A stretch of 37,918 nucleotides of DNA from Terriglobia bacterium (lineage in GTDB: Bacteria; Acidobacteriota; Terriglobia; Bryobacterales; Bryobacteraceae): assembly GCA_043733425.1 (NCBI GenBank), contig JAYTGM010000131.1, positions 1 through 37,918 on the forward strand, written 5' to 3'. The notes under the pieces are model-generated. The model searched no databases. It worked only from the letters and a program-made list of their open reading frames with translations, and had not been told where the DNA came from. A program made the translations under genes and the position numbers. Of this stretch, positions 25,061 through 32,268 are shown in pieces (positions within the stretch are counted from its first letter, which is position 1; the number at the start of each line of letters is the position of its first letter).

Positions 25061-25888
25061 ATGATTTCAGCCCAGCGCGTTAATCCCGATTTCGCGACAC
25101 TAGCAGGAGTAATCGTCGCGGCCGCCAGCGTGCTGGGTGGCCTCCTGCTGGAAGGCGGAAGTATTCGCGATATTGCACAGGTTACAGCCGCGGTTATGGT
25201 GGTGGGAGGCACGTTGGGAGCGGTGATGATTTCCACTCCATTGCAGACGCTGCTTGGGGCCGCGCGTAGTCTGCGGCTGCTCTTCTTTGACCGGGCAGCG
25301 CCTCTCGAAGACACACTAGAGGCCATTGTGCGGCTTTCCTCCAAGGCGAAAAAAACCGGAGTCTCCTCTTTGGAAAGAGACGCATCGGATCTCGAAGATG
25401 AGTTTCTGAAAAAGGCGCTGAGTCTGGCAGTAGACAACACGCCTGTTCTGGAGATTCGCAGCATGATGGAGATCGATCTCGATCTGGAAGAATGCCGCCT
25501 GGACAGAGAAGCCAAGGTATTCGAGACCGCCGGCGGATACGCGCCCACCGTCGGAATCATTGGGGCTGTACTCGGATTGATCCAGGTGATGAAGCACCTT
25601 GAAAATATTGACGAAGTGGGAAGGGGTATTGCCGTATCCTTTGTAGCCACAGTTTACGGTGTGGCGCTAGCAAATTTGATACTGCTGCCGGCGGCCGCGA
25701 AACTGAGAGCGCGCGCTGCGAAGGTTGTTCAATGGCGGGAACTTGCGCTAGAGGGCGTGGCAGGCATTGCGGAAGCTACAAACACCTCGCTCCTGCGGCA
25801 AAAACTTGAGCCGTATTTATCTAAAGCGCAGCCGGTACGTCGGGTAAGGGCCGCGCCGCAGCCCAGACCGGAACCTTCGGCAGCCTGA
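25061..25888 (+). CDS. motA: Flagellar stator protein MotA
   Basis: It has four TM segments. GYAPTVGIIGAVLGLI and VATVYGVALANLILLP are the MotA/ExbB-type channel helices. Confidence 0.9.
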   Translation: MISAQRVNPDFATLAGVIVAAASVLGGLLLEGGSIRDIAQVTAAVMVVGGTLGAVMISTPLQTLLGAARSLRLLFFDRAAPLEDTLEAIVRLSSKAKKTGVSSLERDASDLEDEFLKKALSLAVDNTPVLEIRSMMEIDLDLEECRLDREAKVFETAGGYAPTVGIIGAVLGLIQVMKHLENIDEVGRGIAVSFVATVYGVALANLILLPAAAKLRARAAKVVQWRELALEGVAGIAEATNTSLLRQKLEPYLSKAQPVRRVRAAPQPRPEPSAA

Positions 25889-25889
25889 T

Positions 25890-26621
25890 ATGGCCCGACG
25901 ACGCAGAGCCCACGCTGAGCCAGTAAGCCATGACCGCTGGCTTGTATCCTACGCAGATTTTATTACTCTGCTCTTTGCCTTTTTTGTTGTGATGTTTGCC
26001 TCGTCGGAAACGAACAAAGCGAAGGCGCACAAACTCTCTGAATCAGTGGAAAAGGCTTTCGGACATTCCGCGCCGCCAGCGCCGAAAGAGAAAACATTCA
26101 AAGCTCCCCCCGCGGCCGATCCGCAATTTGCTGACCTGACACCGTCGCTACGGCTTCTCGAAAAGCAGCTGGCCCAAGAACTAAGCGCCGGCACTATGCA
26201 TCTTAGCCTGCAAGCTAGGGGCTTGGTAATTACGCTGGGTGAGGCCGCGTTCTTTGCTCCTGGCGAAGACCGGGTACAGCCCAGTGCCTTCGAAAGCCTG
26301 GCGAAAGTGGCCGCGGCTTTGAATAAATTACCGAATCCGGTTCGCTTGGAAGGGCATTCCGATTCCACCCCGATTCACACAGCGCGGTTTTCCAGCAACT
26401 GGGAATTATCCACCGCGCGAGCTGTGCAGGTGCTGAAAACTCTGGAAGACCGCTATGGAACGGATCGGTTTCGACTCTCCGCCGCCGGATATGCTGATAC
26501 CTCACCTGTTGAGCCCAACGAGAGCGATGCTGGCCGTACACGAAACCGGCGGGTCGACCTTGTCGTGCTCAGCCGTACAGGTTCGTCGAACGAGCCAGCA
26601 ATGCACCGGAGCACGTTGTGA
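25890..26621 (+). CDS. motB: Flagellar stator protein MotB (OmpA-like peptidoglycan-binding domain)
   Basis: The plug/TM region is WLVSYADFITLLFAFFVVMFA, with the conserved Asp. The C-terminal OmpA-like motif is NWELSTARA...NRRVDLVV. Confidence 0.9.
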   Translation: MARRRRAHAEPVSHDRWLVSYADFITLLFAFFVVMFASSETNKAKAHKLSESVEKAFGHSAPPAPKEKTFKAPPAADPQFADLTPSLRLLEKQLAQELSAGTMHLSLQARGLVITLGEAAFFAPGEDRVQPSAFESLAKVAAALNKLPNPVRLEGHSDSTPIHTARFSSNWELSTARAVQVLKTLEDRYGTDRFRLSAAGYADTSPVEPNESDAGRTRNRRVDLVVLSRTGSSNEPAMHRSTL

Positions 26622-26821
26622 GACACCCGGTCCGCCTCGCACATGATGGATGGCGTACGGCTTCGCTGGCAATAGACAGGCGTTTAGGCCAGTTTCGCCT
26701 GCAACACGTGTCATGGGAGCAGAAAATTTCCGCCGTTTCAGCGACCATTCAGCGATTTCTTTAATTCGGTAATTGAACAACATTTTGACGCCACAAGGGC
26801 GTCCTTCGCATCCCCCTACAC

Positions 26822-27586
26822 ATGGGAGGTTCACAGTCTGAAAGCTTTCCGGTGGTGGTGCTGTTGGGTGCCGGGGGTGGAATCGGTTCCACGCTAGCGC
26901 GCCGGTTGGCATCGAAGGGTACCCGCTTAGTTCTGGCTGGCCGCACACCGGGCCCCATTGCTTTGCTGGCTAGCGAACTGGGTGCGCATGGCGTATCCGT
27001 GGACGCCACTCGATTTGATCAGGTGGACGCGGTGTTCGGTGAAGCGCTCGAACTTCACGGGCGAGTGGATGCGGTGGTCAATTGTGTTGGATCGTTACTG
27101 CTGAAGCCCGCACACCTTACGTCAGAGGCGGAGTTTATGGAAACGGTCGCAGCCAACTTGACTTCAGCTTTTGCCGCAGTGCGCGCCGGTTCGCGCGCAA
27201 TGGTAAAAAGTGGCGGCGGCAGTATCGCGCTGGTGTCCTCAGTTGCGGCTCGTACCGGGTTAGCAAACCATGAGGCCATCGCGGCGGCAAAGGCTGGAAT
27301 TATAGGTCTTACTCTCTCCGCTGCCGCCACTTATGCCCGTCAGCGCATCCGGGTGAACTGCGTTGCTCCCGGTCTTGTCCGAACACCCATGACGAAGAAA
27401 TTTACCGAAAACGAAAGCGCTCTAAAAGCTTCGGTTAACATGCATCCCCTGGGTCGTATTGGGGAACCCGCGGACGTAGCCAGTGCTCTTGCCTGGCTGA
27501 TCGATGCAGAACAGAGTTGGGTCACTGGGCAAGTGATCGGTATCGATGGCGGGTTGGGAAGCTTGCGTACTTCCTATTCTTCGTGA
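26822..27586 (+). CDS. SDR family oxidoreductase
   Basis: VVLLGAGGGIGSTLARRL, SSVAARTG, AAAKAG and CVAPGLVRTPM match the SDR pattern. Confidence 0.85.
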   Translation: MGGSQSESFPVVVLLGAGGGIGSTLARRLASKGTRLVLAGRTPGPIALLASELGAHGVSVDATRFDQVDAVFGEALELHGRVDAVVNCVGSLLLKPAHLTSEAEFMETVAANLTSAFAAVRAGSRAMVKSGGGSIALVSSVAARTGLANHEAIAAAKAGIIGLTLSAAATYARQRIRVNCVAPGLVRTPMTKKFTENESALKASVNMHPLGRIGEPADVASALAWLIDAEQSWVTGQVIGIDGGLGSLRTSYSS

Positions 27587-28572
27587 GGCCTGTGCGGACC
27601 TGTCTTATTGTTGGTGCGGGAATGGCGGGCCTGAGCGCCGCGCGCATTCTGAAGAAAGCAGACTGGCAAGTAACGGTCCTCGATAAAGGGAGGGGTGTGG
27701 GCGGACGCTTAGCCACCCGGCGGATTGACGATGGTGTCTATGATCACGGGGCCCAATTTATTACTGTTCGTGACCCTCGTTTCAAAGGGCTTATGTCCCA
27801 CCTTGAGCAGCAGGGCGTAGTCTACCAGTGGTGCCGGGGCATCGGTACACCCGCTCAACCCGCTACCTCCGATGGCCATCCCCGCTATCAAGGGACCGGT
27901 GGCATGGCCGCTATTGCGAAGCACTTGGCGCGCGGAATTGACGTTCGCACCCGGCATCGCGTCGTTAAGCTTCAACAGTCGCCTGCTTCGTGGACCGCCG
28001 CTTTGGAGTCCGGTCAAACTCTTCACGCGGACGCGTTAATTGTTACAACGCCGATTCCTCAAGCACTGGATTTACTTGACCTTGGCAGCACGGAAATTCC
28101 CGACCGCTGGCGAGGCGAGCTCGACCGTATGAAATACCATTCATGCATGGCACTAATGGTGGCGCTCGATCAGCCTAGTCTTCTTCCCGAACCGGGTGCC
28201 TTGCGATTTGAAGAAGGCCCGCTCTCCTTCATCTGCGATAACCGGATCAAAGGAATTTCACCTGATGCCACGGCTGTCACTGTTCACGCGAGCGCTGCTT
28301 TCAGCCGGGAACATTGGGGCGTGAACGAAAGCACGGCTATTGAATTTCTATTGCGCCAGGCGCAGCCATGGCTCTCCGGTCCACCAAAGACGGCGGTTCT
28401 GCACAAGTGGAGGTTTAGCATGCCTATCGACCCATACCCTGCACCGTTCCTGCATGTCCCGGGAAACGCTCCGCTTTTTTTTGCCGGGGATATATTCAAT
28501 GGGCCCCGCGTGGAAGGCGCGGCGTTATCCGGAATGGCGGCGGCGGAGGAATTGCTAGCATCGTCAGTATGA
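27583..28572 (+). CDS. NAD(P)/FAD-dependent oxidoreductase, renalase-like (COG3380-type)
   Basis: The GTG at 27583 overlaps the upstream stop (GTGA). The dinucleotide fold is LIVGAGMAGLSAARIL...VTVLDKGRGVGGRLATRR. The C-terminal FFAGDIFNGPRVEGAALSG is present. The track ORF starts at 27517, upstream of the Rossmann strand. Confidence 0.8.
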   Translation: MRPVRTCLIVGAGMAGLSAARILKKADWQVTVLDKGRGVGGRLATRRIDDGVYDHGAQFITVRDPRFKGLMSHLEQQGVVYQWCRGIGTPAQPATSDGHPRYQGTGGMAAIAKHLARGIDVRTRHRVVKLQQSPASWTAALESGQTLHADALIVTTPIPQALDLLDLGSTEIPDRWRGELDRMKYHSCMALMVALDQPSLLPEPGALRFEEGPLSFICDNRIKGISPDATAVTVHASAAFSREHWGVNESTAIEFLLRQAQPWLSGPPKTAVLHKWRFSMPIDPYPAPFLHVPGNAPLFFAGDIFNGPRVEGAALSGMAAAEELLASSV

Positions 28573-28895
28573 CCCCTGCCGATTTGAACGAGATCGATCA
28601 CATTGCCGTTCCCGTGATTAACGTTGCTGCTGCTGTGGACTGGTACACAAAAACGTTTCGGTGCACGGTGGATTACCAGGATGCGACTTGGGCCTTGCTG
28701 GGCTTTGCCAACATCCGACTTGCCTTGGTGATTCCAGAACAACATCCAGCGCACATTGGGTTCGTTCACAAAGAAGCGGGCACGTTCGGTGATTTAAAAC
28801 TACATCGGGACGGAACACGGTCCTGCTACATCACTGACCCGTCTGGAAATTCCGTTGAGATGCTGGCCGCTGACAGTATGCCGATTCGCCAATGA
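28569..28895 (+). CDS. VOC (glyoxalase/bleomycin-resistance/dioxygenase) family protein
   Basis: IDHIAVPVINVAAAVDWYTKTF and DPSGNSVEML match the VOC pattern. It has ATGA overlaps with both neighbours. Confidence 0.7.
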   Translation: MTPADLNEIDHIAVPVINVAAAVDWYTKTFRCTVDYQDATWALLGFANIRLALVIPEQHPAHIGFVHKEAGTFGDLKLHRDGTRSCYITDPSGNSVEMLAADSMPIRQ

Positions 28896-30055
28896 ACCAG
28901 CCGGTCACAATCATCGGCGCGGGGTTGGCCGGCCTGAGTTGTGCTCGCGAGTTGAAGGCCCGCGGTACCGATTCCGTGTTGCTAGAAGCATCTGACCACG
29001 TTGGTGGCCGCGTTCACACCGATGAGTATAATGGGTTTTTGCTGGACCGGGGCTTTCAGGTAATGCTTACTGCTTATCCTGAGTGTCGGCGGTTGCTCAA
29101 TTACGAAGCCCTTGACCTGAAGAAGTTTTACCCTGGTGCGCTGGTTCGCTTTGGCGGTAAATTCCACCATTTGGCGGACCCTTGGAGACACCCGGTTGAA
29201 GCGGCAGCCTCGCTCTCTTCACCCATTGGAACTTTCATGGATAAGCTGCGCATTTCCTTGCTTCGTACGTCGGTTACGCAAGTAGCACTGCCAGATCTTT
29301 TCCGTCGTCCTGAAACCACAACCAAGCAGGCGCTGCTTAATTACCGGTTCAGCAGCAAGATTATCGATCGTTTTTTTCGGCCGTTCTTCGGCGGCATTTT
29401 TCTGGATTGCGAGCTTGATACATCCAGCCGTCTTTCCGAATTTATTTTCCGCATGTTCTCTGAAGGGGATACGGCCTTACCCGCTAAGGGCATGAAGACC
29501 ATTCCCTACCAGCTTGGGCACGAACTGGATGTTCGTCTGAACACCACTGTTACAGAACTGCCTCCTGGCCCGGTGGTGGTCGCTGTGGAGGAACCCTCGG
29601 CGGCCCAGCTCCTTGGCGAAACGCCGGCTGCCCGTGCAAGGTCTGTGGATTGCTTTTACTACGCGGCGGAAACAGCTCCTTTATCGGAGCCGATCCTGGT
29701 GTTGAACGGAGAAGGTTCAGGCCCTGTAAACAACTGCTGTGTTGTGAGCTCGGTTGCGCCTGCGTATGCACCGGCAGGGGCTTCGCTTATCGCGGTTTCG
29801 GTGTTAAAAAGCGCTCCGGAAGCCGCGGTACGTGCGCAACTCGCGGAATGGTTCGGTGCAAAGGCGATGCGATGGCAGCACCTGCGAACCTACACTATCC
29901 CTTATGCGCAGCCAGTGCAAAAGATGTATGCACCGAAGGCCGCGCGGGTTCGGCCGGGTTTATACCGTTGCGGTGATTACATGGAGAACGCATCGATCGA
30001 TGGTGCGCTCGCCTCAGGCAGGCGTGCCGCGCAAGCTCTGCTGGAAGATAGGTGA
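28892..30055 (+). CDS. Flavin-containing amine oxidase-like NAD(P)/FAD-dependent oxidoreductase
   Basis: VTIIGAGLAGLSCARELKARG...LLEASDHVGGRVHT and the C-terminal GDYMENASIDGALASGRRAAQALL form the amine-oxidase/PPOX superfamily pattern. Confidence 0.8.
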   Translation: MNQPVTIIGAGLAGLSCARELKARGTDSVLLEASDHVGGRVHTDEYNGFLLDRGFQVMLTAYPECRRLLNYEALDLKKFYPGALVRFGGKFHHLADPWRHPVEAAASLSSPIGTFMDKLRISLLRTSVTQVALPDLFRRPETTTKQALLNYRFSSKIIDRFFRPFFGGIFLDCELDTSSRLSEFIFRMFSEGDTALPAKGMKTIPYQLGHELDVRLNTTVTELPPGPVVVAVEEPSAAQLLGETPAARARSVDCFYYAAETAPLSEPILVLNGEGSGPVNNCCVVSSVAPAYAPAGASLIAVSVLKSAPEAAVRAQLAEWFGAKAMRWQHLRTYTIPYAQPVQKMYAPKAARVRPGLYRCGDYMENASIDGALASGRRAAQALLEDR

Positions 30056-30058
30056 GAC

Positions 30059-30538
30059 TTATCGCTCAAAGACGCTTGGAAGCTCCCCGCGCGTGAGCCG
30101 GTAAGGTAGCCAATCGCTGGAACGCTTCGCGCCATAACGTTCGTAGAAATCAATTGAGGGCTGGTTCCAATCGAGCACGGTCCACTCCATTCTTCCGCAC
30201 CCCCGTTTGTAGGCTAACTCTGCCATGGCGCGAAAAAGTGCGGAGCCGGCACCTCTGCCGCGGTACTCGGGAAGCACGAACAAATCTTCCAGGAACAGCG
30301 TGGGCAAAGCAAGAAAGGTGGAGTATGTTTCGAAGAAAAACGTGTATCCCACGGGTACCCCGTCCACTTCCGCCAGCAAAGATTCCACGCGCGGGCGCTC
30401 CGCAAACAGATCGCGCACTAACCGCTGCTGAGCCTGTTCGTCAGGCGGAGAGAGCTTTTCGTAATCGGCCAGCGCGACAATCAGCCGCAGCAATACCGGG
30501 GCGTCAGTCTGCTCCGTTTTGCGAATGCGAATGGTCAC
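30059..30538 (-). CDS. GNAT N-acetyltransferase, SSAT-like (diamine/polyamine acetyltransferase subfamily)
   Basis: The GTG at 30538 overlaps the permease stop (GTGA). LFLEDLFVLPEYRGRGAGSALF and WNQPSIDFYERYGA closely parallel the SSAT motifs LYLEDFFVMSDYRGFGIGS and WNEPSINFYKRRGA, which I am recalling from memory. The track ORF 30059..30946 is the same frame run upstream through the permease 3' end. Confidence 0.85.
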   Translation of the reverse strand: MTIRIRKTEQTDAPVLLRLIVALADYEKLSPPDEQAQQRLVRDLFAERPRVESLLAEVDGVPVGYTFFFETYSTFLALPTLFLEDLFVLPEYRGRGAGSALFRAMAELAYKRGCGRMEWTVLDWNQPSIDFYERYGAKRSSDWLPYRLTRGELPSVFER

Positions 30539-32034
30539 TGCGCTGTTTCCAGCACGCTGTTGCGGCGTCCGAAAACGAAGTACAACACAAGCCCGATGGC
30601 GAGCCATGCGAAGAAGCGGACCCACGTAATCAACGGAAGCCCCATCATCAGCACCAGGCAGCACACAATCGAGAGGATGGGAACCAGCGGAACCAGCGGC
30701 ACACGAAAGCTTCGTGGCCGATCCGGCTGCTTTTTGCGCAAAACGATTACGCCGACGGAGACCAGCACAAAGGCAAAGAGCGTCCCGATATTCGATAGCT
30801 CCGCAAATGTGGCAATATCCCAAAGACCGGCGGGAATTCCCACCACGAGCCCTGCAATCCACGTGCTGATATGAGGGGTTTGATAAACCGGATGCACGCG
30901 TGAAAACAGCGCGGGCAGCAAGCCGTCGCGCGACATGGCGAACCACACTCTGGCCTGCCCGTACTGATACACCAAAAGCGACGACATCATGCCCATGAGA
31001 GCTCCGAATGTGACGATAACGCGCAAACGGTTGTATCCCAACGCCTTTAAAGCGTCGGCCACGGGAGAATCCGTGTTCAAGGTTTGATACTTGACTATGC
31101 CTGTCAAAACCAGAGCTACGCTGCCGTAAAGAATGGTGCAGACGATGAGAGTTGCGATAATCCCGAAGGGCATATCGCGCTGCGGGTGTTTACATTCTTC
31201 CGCTGCTGTTGAGATGGAGTCGAATCCAATGTAGGTAAAAAAAACGATGGAGGCGCCGGTCAGGATGCCGGAAAATCCATTTGGTGCGAAAGGCTTCCAG
31301 TTCTCCACCTTGATTGCATTCGCCGCACCCGCACAGAACAGCACGATGGCTACAATTTTTATTACCACCATGACTGTGTTCGCGCCGGCACTTTCGCGCA
31401 CGCCCCGCACCAGTACCCAGGTCACCAGCATGGTAATTACAAGAGCTGGAATATTGAAAATTCCGCTGGGCTGGCCAGAAGCAGCGAAAGCCGGGTAAGC
31501 AATAGCCGCGGGCAAGTGAAACCCAAACACGTTGTCACCCAGGTCCTGCAAATAAGCTGAGAAGCCCACGGCAACGGACATGTTCGAAACAGCGTACTCC
31601 AGTATCAAATCCCAGCCGATGATCCAGGCGACAATTTCGCCCAGAATGGCGTAGGAATAGGTATAGGCGCTGCCCGCAACCGGAATCATGGACGCCAGTT
31701 CAGCGTAACAGAGACCCGCGAAGACACAGGCAATCGCCACCAGCAAAAATGAGATAGATACGGCAGGGCCTGCACCTTCGCGGCCCATCATGGAACCGGC
31801 ATGGGCGCCTTGGGTGATCAGGTCAAGAATGGTGGCGTGAAAAACCGATTCGATCTTCTCGATTTTCCCCGCCGCTGCTGTTCCTGTGAGCGTGAAGATG
31901 CCGGAGCCAATCACGGCTCCTACCCCAAGAGCGGTTAAACTCCAGGGTCCCAGCGACTTTCGGAGCTGGCCGTCCGGCCGCTCCGAAGCCTGAATCAGTG
32001 TGTCAATGCTCTTAGTACGGAAGAGCCGCGACAC
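30535..32034 (-). CDS. APC superfamily amino-acid permease (cationic amino acid transporter-like)
   Basis: The 499-aa product is multi-TM. The N-terminal LFRTKSIDTLI...LRKSLGPWSLTALGVGAVIGSGIF is typical of bacterial CAT/YfnA-type permeases. It starts at a GTG. Confidence 0.9.
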   Translation of the reverse strand: MSRLFRTKSIDTLIQASERPDGQLRKSLGPWSLTALGVGAVIGSGIFTLTGTAAAGKIEKIESVFHATILDLITQGAHAGSMMGREGAGPAVSISFLLVAIACVFAGLCYAELASMIPVAGSAYTYSYAILGEIVAWIIGWDLILEYAVSNMSVAVGFSAYLQDLGDNVFGFHLPAAIAYPAFAASGQPSGIFNIPALVITMLVTWVLVRGVRESAGANTVMVVIKIVAIVLFCAGAANAIKVENWKPFAPNGFSGILTGASIVFFTYIGFDSISTAAEECKHPQRDMPFGIIATLIVCTILYGSVALVLTGIVKYQTLNTDSPVADALKALGYNRLRVIVTFGALMGMMSSLLVYQYGQARVWFAMSRDGLLPALFSRVHPVYQTPHISTWIAGLVVGIPAGLWDIATFAELSNIGTLFAFVLVSVGVIVLRKKQPDRPRSFRVPLVPLVPILSIVCCLVLMMGLPLITWVRFFAWLAIGLVLYFVFGRRNSVLETAQ

Positions 32035-32067
32035 CTACCGTTTCCGCTGTCCTTGAATGAGCTTCTT

Positions 32068-32193
32068 CACTTTCTTCTTGTTTTCGCCGCGGGCGACCCC
32101 TGCCTTGCGCTTTGCTTTTGGCGCTGCCTTCTTCCGCGCCACGCGCTTCAGTTGCTTCCGCTCTGCTTTGTCTTCTGTCTTCTTTGTATCCAT
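32068..32193 (-). CDS. Candidate 41-codon Lys/Arg-rich small ORF (leader peptide or small basic protein)
   Basis: It is below the ORF-track size cutoff. The product is MDTKKTEDKAERKQLKRVARKKAAPKAKRKAGSPAAKTRRK, with 12 Lys and 6 Arg in 41 residues. It ends 33 nt upstream of the permease GTG. I see no strong SD, and coding status is unproven. Confidence 0.3.
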
Positions 32194-32268
32194 TGCTCTA
32201 TCGAGTTTACTTGAATTGAGCCGCTGCCGGTGGTAACCGGTTACAAAACGCGCTTACTCGATGCGTGT

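Noticed and set aside
24762-25064. The + strand 100-aa ORF between fliM and motA as a coupled flagellar gene
   Set aside because: I did not call it as a feature. Its product is rich in Arg and Cys and looks less protein-like than the antisense alternative. The ATGA overlap with motA keeps it alive as a possibility, and it is discussed in the findings.
26787-26803. Hairpin GACGCC-ACAAG-GGCGTC just upstream of the SDR gene
   Set aside because: The stem is short at 6 bp, and no T-run follows on either strand. It is not convincing as a terminator.
30539-30946. N-terminal 136 codons of track ORF 30059..30946 (-)
   Set aside because: This stretch overlaps the 3' end of the permease in another frame and has a nonsense-like composition. 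The GNAT fold begins at the GTG at 30538, which forms a GTGA overlap with the permease stop.
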